Source of the DNA: Octopus sinensis
Taxonomy: Eukaryota
DNA: 64,000 nucleotides
Assembly: GCF_006345805.1 (NCBI RefSeq)
Contig: NC_043003.1
Location: 76,632,001-76,696,000 of the forward strand
Direction of reading: 5' to 3'
Made by a program: the position numbers and the translations under genes. Shown one piece after another: positions 53,876-64,000 of this stretch (the stretch's first letter is position 1; every line of letters starts with the position of its first letter). Below the pieces are notes generated by a model. That model was not told the origin of the DNA. It did not search any database and saw only the letters and a list, made by a program, of their open reading frames with translations.

Positions 53876-54107
53876 AAGGCGGCGAGCTGGCAGAACCGTT
53901 AGCACGCTGGGCGAAATGCGTAGCCGTATTTCGTCTGCCGTTGTGTTCTGAGTTCAAATTCCGCCGAGGTTAACTTTGCCTTTCATCCTTTCGGGGTCGA
54001 TTAAATAAGTACCAGTTACGCACTTGGGTCGATGTAATCGACTTAATACCTATGTCTGTCCTTGTTTGTCCACTCTATGTTTAGCCCCTTGTGGGTAATA
54101 AATAAAT
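53876..54107 (+). mobile_element. SINE family A with 14-bp TSD
   Basis: aggtatgtctgaag at 53861-53874 and 54108-54121. Confidence 0.95.
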
Positions 54108-56018
54108 AGGTATGTCTGAAGAACGATGTCAAGGGTAAGGGGATTAAAGGTTTGGGTGCATCGGGGATATGAAAGTGAGCACAAGTGGCTTAATGAGTCT
54201 AGGCCCGACAGCACTCGTCTTCTACATTAATGCAGTGTAACACGTCGGGCTATGCAGACCTAGTTGGTACATTTCGAATACAAGTTTTGTTTAAAAGTCT
54301 CTGGGAAAATTCTGTGAAGGAAGATGGCCTCCTCAAATTGAGAGAAATGAAAATATGAAGATGAAATTGTAAGCCAGAGTGGGAGATTTTGCATTCACTG
54401 TTAAAGGAGGTAATTTTTTACTTTATCTGCCATGTATCACTCAGTCATTACAAAGTAAGTCACTTGAAATGCCACTATGAAGTAAATCACAAAAGATTTG
54501 CGTATGATTATTCACCGAAATCAAAATTAAGGAAAATCAAGTTAACTATATTAAAATCAACAGTAAATAGCCAGCGGACACTTTTGACAATGTTCAGTAA
54601 AGAAAATAATACAATGACTGAAGCCAGTTTTGTTATGTCATGGAATATTGCTCGTGCTAAACGACCATATTCTGATAGCAAATTTCTTAACGAAAATATG
54701 GATGAAATTGTTGCAGTGTTAGATCCAAATAACACAAGACTTCAGCGACTAATAGCACAAACACCAGTTTCACGCCACACTACAGAGAGGCATATCTCTT
54801 AGATTAGTACTGATGTTGCAGGAAAAATGCAAAATGATTTGAAAAAATCTCTTGCATTCAGTTTAGATCTTGACAAATCGGCAGACGTACAAGACAACCC
54901 ACAACTGGCAGTATTATTCGTTATGTTTCTTCTGATGTAACTATGAAAGAAGAGATCTGTGAATTAGTGGCATTAAAAGAAACAACTCGTGGTATTAACA
55001 TTAAAAATGCGCATGACAGAACCTTAACAAATGCTGATGTTCCACTGAATAAACTCGTCAGTGTTGCAACAGATGGAGCAACTTCTATGGTGGGAAAAAA
55101 TGTAGGATTAATTGCACTCTTGAAAATTGATCCCAGATTTCCAGAGATTCTCCTTGTTCATTGCATTGTACATCGGGAACACCTGGCAGCCAGATACTTC
55201 AAGTATGTAGATGTTATAAAATCTGTCCTTGAAATTGTCAATTTAATACGCTAATTGGGAAGACTCAAACCTCTGATTACGGTATCATCTCCTATGGTGA
55301 TGGAACTAATGGAATTTCAAGAGGACATGGGTCTAAACATGAACGATAAATCCTAGTCAACAACTGAGCTCTGGAAACGATTTCCAGAAATACATTATCC
55401 TAAACTGAAGAAAACTAGTGAGCGGCTCATCTCAATTTTCAGCACAATCCTTACAAACCAACACCTGACGGAACTAATTCGAACAGCCTTGGCGACATAT
55501 CAGCTAGATTTTCAATTACTTACAGCCAAGATGGAGACCCATAACATTAATAGCCTCTTATTTGTAATATTGTCTGTTTCTCATAAAAATATTATGATAA
55601 GATTGCAATTTTGTAAGATGGTATGTGATTAAAATATCTCAAATTTTATTGGTTTGCTTTTATTTTATATATTTTCCTCCATGTTTCGACCAGATAGTTA
55701 CTATGACAAATAAATATCTTTAAAAAATTTTTTTTTTTCCTTTTCAGTGTTATTTTTGCCAGTCTAATTTTATGTTACAGAAATGCAAATTCGCACATTT
55801 TTCTGAGAAGTTCCTATATTAAATGTGCTCAATATAGTTATAACAATCATAAGTCAAGATTTTGAAAACATTTGGTTTGTGTGTGTATTTTGTAGTTACT
55901 GAAACCAATAAAATTAACAGTTTAAAAAGCTGCATACATGAATAATTATTTTTGCATACATGCATTTCTTAATATTTATATAGAATTTCGTACAAAATGT
56001 GTATCTAAGAAACACGTA

Positions 56019-57294
56019 AAGGGGTTGGACAAAATAATGGAAACACTTAATAATTTCAAAAGATTTATTCTAATATGTGGTAGGACTGCCTTTGGCAGTA
56101 ATTACAGCTTGGTTTCTACTGGGTATGGACTCATACAAAGTTTGAATTGTTTCCAAAGGAATTTTCGTCCATTCTTCAGCTAAAACAGATTCCAGTTCTT
56201 GTAGTGGCGATGGTGGGAGGTTCGACTCATTACTTGTTTTTCAAAAATGCACCACAAATTTTCAATAATATTGAGATCTGGAGACTATGGTGGCCAGATA
56301 AGATGTTCAACTTCGCTAGAATGTTTCTCGTGCAAAGCCGAAACAAGGTTAGCTGTGTGAATTGGTGCATTATCATCTTGAAAGATTGCGTTTCCCTCCG
56401 GAAACAGTTCCAAAACCATAGGATGAATGTGATCAGACAAAAAAACTTAAATAGTCTTGACTATTAATTCTGCTATGAAGGGAGACCTTTGTGCCGGCGG
56501 ATTTCCAAGATATAGGCCCCACCCAAATCATCACAGATCCTCTACCCAGTCTAAGAGTTGCAAGAAGGCAGTCGAGATCAAATGCTTCTTTTGGCTGTCT
56601 CTACACGTATACTAGGCCAGTGGCCGGAAATAAGGAAAAAGATGACTCGTCCAAGAAAATAACATTCTTCCACTGCTCTAGGAACAAATTTTATAGGCTT
56701 TTACTCCACTCTAAACGCTTTGCAACGTTTGTTTTTGATAGAGGTTTTCTGATTGCAGCCCTCCCATGAAGTCTAGCTTTGTGCAGCTCCCGGCGAACAG
56801 TTTGTGTGGAAACTGGGTTCTCGAGGTGGTCATTAAGCTCTGCAGTAATTCTGGGAGCTGTTCATTTGTGATCCCTTCTAACAATTCACGTAAGAATTTG
56901 ACAGTCCCTATCTGAATCTTTTGGTTTTCTTCCGGAGTTTTGTTTTGACGAGGAGGTTTTTTTCCCACTTTCTCAAAGGCTATCATTACTTTTAAGACAG
57001 TACTTCTTGATACACCAAACATTTCGGCTGTTTTCGTTACGCTAGCGCCTGGCATACGAACACAAACAATTTGACCTCTTTGAAAGTCCGATTGTTCTGT
57101 CATTTTAATGAATTTTAATTACGTTTTTCTGATGATATCTGAAAAGAATCAGCAATTCAGCAAAACATATCTAACAACATTAATAATAAATATTAAAAAA
57201 ACATGAAAATAAGCAAGCCGTTTAAGGTTTTATACATAGTTCAAAATTAGGATGCTATGATACTAGATGTTTCCATTATTTTGTCCAACCCCTG
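56019..57294 (-). mobile_element. Full-length Tc1-like transposon with frameshifted transposase
   Basis: TIR (c/a)aggggttggacaaaataatggaaaca at both ends, with TA flanks. ORF starts SDFQRGQIV..GASVTKTAEMFGVSRSTV; IFLDES, FQDDNAPIH and WPP*SPDLNIIENLW follow on the minus strand. Confidence 0.95.
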
Positions 57295-57430
57295 TATGTG
57301 TAAATATTGTTCATGGCTCACGTCTCTTGAACATCTGAAATTTATCGAATGTGCTTCTTACATTAAGCAGGCTTAATGAATAGATGCATGTATAGGTAGA
57401 TGTACATATATATGTATACATATAAATATA

Positions 57431-57500
<70 letters not shown>

Positions 57501-57590
57501 AAAAATATGTGTGTCTAAACATTTATATATACACATATACTTATATATATATATATGTGTGTACATATATATACATGTACATATATGTTC

Positions 57591-57633
<43 letters not shown>

Positions 57634-57795
57634 TATTCACGCACATGCAGACGCACACATGAACTCGCACCCACTTACACTTACACACACACGTGCGCGC
57701 GCACACACGCACACACACATATTTATTTATATAGCTGAGCACATAAGTGCAAAAGAAGGTGGTGAAAGTCGTAATTGAATACCAATGGTAGAGTG

Positions 57796-57938
57796 ATATA
57801 CTTTTTATTTAAACTGCAAAATTATTACAGAACAGTTACTCAGTTTCATGTTCGTCGGACAGTTGTCCGACAAACAGGGACGTGAAACCCTGAGTAACTG
57901 TTCTGGAATAATTTTGCAACTTGAATAGAAAGTATATA
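57796..57938. repeat. ~140-bp palindrome with HHR-like cores in both arms
   Basis: Centre gtcggaca-gt-tgtccgac. Minus arm reads CCGACGA-ACAU-GAAA-CUGAGUA; plus arm reads CCGACAA..GAAA-CCCUGAGUA. Confidence 0.75.
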
Positions 57939-58134
57939 TACGTATATATGTATACAAATTCATTCATATATAAATATATATATATATGCATGCACATATG
58001 TATGTATGTAGGTATGTTTGTATTGCTTAACATTTTATATTGCCACTGGCCCAATAACTTATAGACGTATTGTTCAATTACTACTGTACCAGTCAACCGA
58101 CTTCCAATTTCAAAATAAGTAGGTAAAGCAGAGC

Positions 58135-59227
58135 AACTAGAAACTCGGTAAACCGCCATAAATCTGTGCACCATGCGATTAAAAACATAAAAGTGATTAC
58201 AGTACAGACATAACTGAGATCAATATCGAATGAGCTATGGCAGGCCAAATAACTGAACATAAATCCTGCAGGGGAGGTTCATACAAATGTTAATTCCTAG
58301 GGTTTGATCTCCTTTGTTTTCCATTGATCACAGATACTTTCTTATGATTCTTCTAGCGTTTATGTTTGTTTTTTTTTTCTTTTTGTTTTATTTTTTTTGC
58401 TCACACATCCGGACTTAAATTATCTTTAGCAATAAATTCCACACAGTCTCACGTATACACAGAAAATCACAAAAACATACACACACAAACAAACAAAACA
58501 CACACACACACACACACACAAATACTCACATACACATATGTTTATACGTATTTGTGAGTGTGTGGATGAGATTATACATACACATATAAAGACATATACA
58601 CGTTTGATTACAAATAATAGATTGCGAAGGAATATAGTTCTTTGATGTTCCTAGGCAACAACAAAGTACCCTTAACCTCGTAATCAAATGATTTGAACTA
58701 TTGCCATTCACTTTATTGTTTTTGTAATATTTCTCCTTTTCGTCTTCTTCTTATTATTATTATTCTGCTTCTTCCTTTTCTGTTTTTTCTTATTCACCCT
58801 GAAACCAACGTTAATGTTTGACAAAAATTTCCTTTACAAAATAACGTTTAACGTTGTGTTTTCCCAGCACAATTGCCTGTTGTTATGTAGTTGTGGTCCT
58901 GATTGTGGCTGCTGGTATTAGTACGCGTGGTTTTTGGTTTCATTCTTTTTTGAACAGGCGCCAGGAGGATTACAGTCGATTGCTGGACAATTGTTTTATG
59001 TATATTTCGATCAATGTGCAGTATTTTATGTGAGACGGCGATACACTCGTCTATAAAACTATTTTACTCTGAGCCGATATATTTCGAGTCCGCATCCTGT
59101 CACGTGAATTTCAGTAGCATGCGCATGAATAAAATACAGCAAAATATCCTTATAAGTGTGTGTGCGTGTGTGCATGCGAGTATATGTGTGTGACTGTGTA
59201 TGTATGCACATACAAATATGGTTTATT

Positions 59228-59279
<52 letters not shown>

Positions 59280-59755
59280 AGTAAATATATAGTGCGTATA
59301 TACAGACATGTATATATAGCTTCGTATATATATATATAATATATATATATATAATATATATAACGTATATACACATGTATATATATATATATATACATGT
59401 GTGGGTATAGATATGTATATATAATCTATATATACACAAATATACTGATACTTGTATATACATGTGCTTATTCCTAAATGTGTGTGTGTGTGCATATATA
59501 TATATGTGTATGTGTGTGCGTAGGTATGTATACATATATGTGTGTGTGTATTTGTGTGTGTGTATATATATATGAATTACGATTTGAAGAACTGCCAGAA
59601 ACTCGTGAAACTGCAACAATTATATATATCATGTGATTAAAATGACTGATGTGATTACAGTGTAGACACAATGCAGTTCAATATTAACTGTCCAAATACA
59701 GGCGAAATAACATATATATCCAACATACTAATGTTATTAACTGGGGTCTGATTAC
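58135..59755. repeat. Diverged ~170-bp direct repeat (58135-58310 and 59595-59755)
   Basis: agaaactcg..aaac.gc..catg.gattaaaa..gtgattacagt..agaca.aa..tcaatat..cagg..aaataac..aatgtta.t..ct.gg..t.tgat. Confidence 0.7.
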
Positions 59756-60049
59756 ATGGATCTCCGATTGTACACATGAGTAATAAACTGATAAAGATCA
59801 TTTGTTAACGGACAGCAGTTTTAAATCCTAGGTTGAAATGTATTAATTAGAAAAGACAAAGCAAAACATCAGTATCATCTTCTTGTGCAGATGCTGAGAC
59901 TCATTTGGTCGAGAAGTGTATATAGACATAAGGAGGCTTTCAAAACTAAATTATCAGGATATTCTATAGGATTTTTTATGAAACAAACTCGGAAGGTGTG
60001 CTCAGTAAAATAGTTCTGCTTAAAGCGCCTGAACGACCAATCTGTCTTG

Positions 60050-60080
<31 letters not shown>

Positions 60081-60205
60081 ATATATTATATATATATATA
60101 TATATATATTATTAATAATATAAGGGTAAATAATTATTTATTTAAAAAATTAATAATTATTACCAAGTAGTTTCCATTATCGGTAGGAACTTTTACAAAA
60201 AGTAC

Positions 60206-60239
<34 letters not shown>

Positions 60240-60283
60240 TGAGAAAGTTGGTGTGTGAAAGCACGTGGTTGCATATATATAAA

Positions 60284-60650
60284 ATAGCAAAAAGTGAAAA
60301 AACTACAGAAGGCTTGTTTTATAAGGTTAAAGAATATATTTGAGTCATTATGTTGGAAGAATGTTATAAAATTTTTTCATACAGTAACATAGTTTTTGAA
60401 GAAATTACCGGTTTCTCAAGTGTCTTTACCTACATCGTGTTATGTCTTCGTTATGAAGTGCTGCACTTCATAACGAAGACATAACACGATGTAGGTAAAG
60501 ACACTTGAGAAATTTGAAAAGTTAACGCGAAACCGGTAATTTATTCAAAGACTATGAAAAAATTTTATAACATTCTTCCAACATAATGACTCAAATATAT
60601 TCTTTAACCTTATAAAACAAGCCTTCCGTAGTTTTTTCACTTTTTGCTAT
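60284..60650. repeat. ~370-bp near-perfect palindrome
   Basis: The inner 50-bp arms are perfect (60412-60461 / 60463-60512) with a 1-nt loop. The outer arms differ by two indels and a few substitutions. Confidence 0.95.
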
Positions 60651-60705
<55 letters not shown>

Positions 60706-60722
60706 TATATATATATATATAC

Positions 60723-60895
60723 AGCAACAAGTTGCTTAGCCACATACCGAAAATTTAGAAATAGCAGTCAACAACCGCTTATTCCTATTTACTACAAATA
60801 TAGCTCCACATATAACATTTTTGTAGTAAATAGGAATAAGCGGTCTTTGACTGCTATTTCTAAATTTTCGGTATGTGGCTAAGCAACTTGTTGCT
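60723..60895. mobile_element. Hairpin MITE with 76-bp TIRs
   Basis: Arms 60723-60798 and 60820-60895 with 2 mismatches and a ~21-bp spacer; set in (TA)n. Confidence 0.88.
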
Positions 60896-60926
60896 TAACC
60901 CTATTTATATATATATATATGTATAT

Positions 60927-61176
60927 ATCACCGTGATCAGGTTATCAGATGTTGCTACACATAGCTGCTCACAATGCGATTCGCGTTTTTTATCCTTCAA
61001 ATGACACCAGCCCGCTGGCTAAGGGAGGAGGCCAACAGAAGAAAGAGTGAGAGAAAGTTGTGGCGAAAGAGTACAGCAGAGATCACTACCACCCGCTGCC
61101 GGAGGCTCGGCCTGGAAATCGAAACCGCGATCCTACGACCGCGAGTCCGCTGCCCTAACCACTGGGCCATTGTGCC
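60927..61176 (-). mobile_element. SINE family C with internal deletion
   Basis: Homologous to 5311-5622, with the same (TG)n 5' and (TA)n 3' context. Confidence 0.9.
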
Positions 61177-61213
61177 TACACACACACACACACACATACA
61201 CACATAAGTAACT

Positions 61214-61217
61214 AGAC

Positions 61218-61284
<67 letters not shown>

Positions 61285-61316
61285 CAGACAGATAGACAGA
61301 CAGACAGACAGACAGA

Positions 61317-61356
<40 letters not shown>

Positions 61357-61361
61357 TAGAC

Positions 61362-61460
<99 letters not shown>

Positions 61461-61465
61461 TAGAC

Positions 61466-61535
<70 letters not shown>

Positions 61536-61536
61536 G

Positions 61537-61574
<38 letters not shown>

Positions 61575-61575
61575 C
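61214..61575. repeat. Compound (GATA)/(GACA)/(GATT)n microsatellite
   Basis: Read directly. Confidence 0.95.
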
Positions 61576-62227
61576 ATCGTGGCTGAAGTCAAAATGTGCT
61601 AGACGTAGAGATTTGATATCCCTCACTGACTGGAGAAAACCAGTAGACATATAGCCATAACAGCTGAGAGCACAGTAAATTGAATGTAAAAGACGGCAGA
61701 CCGGTTCCTTGAGTATGCGAAAACTAATTCACTCCTCCCTGTCTTGACACCAACATAGCATAGAATTCTACGCGGCGCTCTAATTAATCAGATAGTTCAG
61801 TCGTTCAGGTGCTTTCAACAGTAGCGATAAGGAGAGAAGATAAATAGTCTATAACTGATTGGCGGTATAAGTCGCTCGTCCGCATAAACCACCAGTTGTC
61901 AAATAATGATATAGGAACTTTTGCTTCAGTGAGCCACGAATTTTTGTAGTGATTTTTGTTCCGGTAACTCCAATGAAGGGTAGCTCCTATTAATTTTTTT
62001 TTAGGCTGAAGGGAAAATGTTAAATGTAGCCTATAAGCTAAATTCACCCAAGGTTAACTCAAAAATGGCGATGGTTTACGTCTTTGATAAACGAATCTTT
62101 AAAAATCAGTCGAAGAGCTTACTTTTAAGTTTTATGTGCACTATGCCATATAGAAACAGAAACAGTCAGCCAGGCATGTGATTATTATTTCAGCTTATGG
62201 CTGAAGTATATGGAGGACGCTGTTTAT

Positions 62228-62312
62228 AGAAGCCATGTTTAAAGAAGAGGCCACGTTTAAAGAAGCCATGTTCAAAGAAGAGGCCGTGTTTAAAGAAGAA
62301 GCTATGTTTATA
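62228..62312. repeat. Short 15-18-bp minisatellite (gaagccatgtttaaa[gaa])
   Basis: About five imperfect units. Confidence 0.8.
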
Positions 62313-62746
62313 GCCTCTAGATTTAACAGTGATTTTATTGAAGAATAAGCAAACTATTTTAGCGATATTTCGTTTGTGTTGCATGTTATACAATACTAGC
62401 AGAGTTGTATTTTAAGACTGAAATTTAGCTATATGGAGTACACGTAGCGATTATGTTTAATGAGACCAAGGCGGATATGTCCCACTGGACGATATTTACA
62501 GTATTTTAAGATAAATATATTGATAAAAGTATCTAGGAAGCTATGTTTCATTTGGCGGATCTCTCATTTTCCCCTGTCGTTCTCATTATATACAGCAGAT
62601 AATACTCTGAATGAGGGCTCCTCTTTTATGTAAAAATATACATACAATCAAGCGTATACATTTATCTATGTATGTTTGTATATGTGTGTTAATCTACCTA
62701 TCTATTATGTATATATATATATGTATATGTGTGTGTGTGTGCGTGC

Positions 62747-62782
<36 letters not shown>

Positions 62783-62789
62783 TGATATT

Positions 62790-62990
62790 ATTCTATCACT
62801 TGTTTCAGTTATTTGACTGTGGCCATGCTGGAGCACTAACTTGAATGAGCAAATCAACCTGTGACTTATTCTCTAGGCCTAGTACTTATACTATCGGTCT
62901 TTTTGCCGAACCGCTAATTTTACGGGACCCAAATACACCAACAGCGGTTGTCAAATGATGGGTGGGGGACAAATACAAACACAAAGACAG
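62790..62990 (-). mobile_element. SINE family B 3' half
   Basis: cttgtttcagttatttgactgtggccatgctggagcac..ttttgccgaaccgctaa. Confidence 0.85.
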
Positions 62991-63007
62991 GCATTCATGA
63001 ATATATA

Positions 63008-63894
63008 CATGAAGCGGCGTACCCAAGAATTACCGGAAACGTCCTCTGTGGGACAAACCCATTATAGTTCAGGATTCCGCTGCTAGAATTCACTTGATGC
63101 GACCCTAGGGCATCAGTCTGCCGACCGGCATCGTCGGATGGGTTCGTCCTGCCATTTGATGCGTCTTTAATCTGTTGGGCTTCTCCTCTGCTCGTCGACT
63201 TTTGTGATGGCTGAAACGTTAGAACAGCGTGCTTCCGAGAACTTCTGTTTTCTGCTGGGGAAAACGGTGGCCGAAAAAGTTGTCTTGTCTCTAACAGCTT
63301 ACAAGGACGCTGTCATGAGCAAATCACAAGTTTATGAGTGGTTTCCACTCTTTAGGAATAGTCATTTTTCGCTTGAAGATCAACTTCGTAAAGGACAACC
63401 GTCGACATTCCGAATGGACGAAAGCATCATGAAAATTCATGAACTGGACTTGGAGGACCATCACCGAACAATTGACGAACTTGTTGATGTGACTGGTGTG
63501 CCCGGAAGAACCTGCCAAAGAATTTTGGACGAAGAATTGCGAATGAAAAGAGTTACAGCAAAAATTTGTGCAATGCTTACTCACGGAAGATCAAAAGCAG
63601 TCACGACTGAATACGTGCCGTGAACTGAAAGAACAGTTGAAAGTTAATCCAGACCATTTTTCGAATGTCAGCACTGGTAACGAATGCTGGTGCTACGGAA
63701 TTAGCAGATGTGGAAGAGGTGTTAAAAAGCATCACTTCGCAAGAGTTCCAGTCGTGCTTCGAGTTGTAGAAAATGCGCCTGAATCGTTGCTTCAAATGAA
63801 GAATACTTTGAAGACGAGAAAATTGTAAACATGTAAAACTAATTAAATAAAAAAAAATACTGCTAAATACGAGTTTCTATTGGGAACACCCTTG
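63008..63894 (+). mobile_element. Internally deleted mariner transposon
   Basis: ORF 63204: EQRA..FCFLLGKT..AYKD..MS..QVYEW..F..ED..R.G.PST..D.R.TIDEL..RIL..L.MKRV.AK, then LTEDQKQ.R..C..TGNECWCYG. The catalytic region is missing and the ends are degenerate. Confidence 0.9.
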
Positions 63895-63948
<54 letters not shown>

Positions 63949-64000
63949 ATACATAGATATACGTACAAACATACATATATATACACACACATACATATGT

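Larger units (their letters stand above)
53528..57375 (+). mobile_element. hAT (Charlie/GTF2IRD2-like) transposon, degraded, with nested SINE and Tc1
   Basis: End motif tggccaaaccacgactcgcgagtcatatgcggctc. 54340-55550 translates ICH..LK.HY..H, IARAKRPYSD, SRHT..R, FSL.LD.S.D, L..V.TDGA.SMVG, HCIVHREHL, YPKL..IFST. Confidence 0.9.

Noticed and set aside
58958-59055. Strong-looking plus-strand acceptor (ttcttttttgaacag) and short open frame
   Set aside because: No recognisable protein and no convincing donor.
62228-62312. Short repeats considered as CRISPR-like or coding (EAMFKE)n
   Set aside because: There are no unique spacers, the context is eukaryotic, and no ORF is supported; this is an ordinary minisatellite.

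Overview
AT-rich eukaryotic genomic DNA. The SINE families and the (TA)n/(TG)n/(TAGA)n load point to an octopus or other cephalopod (inference). I could not support any host protein-coding gene, and almost all ORFs in the supplied track are microsatellite translations. The window is a stack of mobile-element remains: four tRNA-derived SINE families; LINE fragments (RTE, HERO, Tx1/L1 and a same-orientation cluster of R4/Dong-type elements in TAA/CAA repeats); Penelope-like elements (PLEs); Helitrons; Tigger, hAT, Tc1 and mariner transposons; and many foldback elements. The most interesting signal is a set of hammerhead-ribozyme (HHR) motifs in several PLE-like non-coding families. In one of them, an ~806-bp tandem element at 25.3-27.2 kb, the three HHR strands occur in an order that is not a circular permutation of types I/II/III. 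All structures and translations were read by eye, and element boundaries are approximate.
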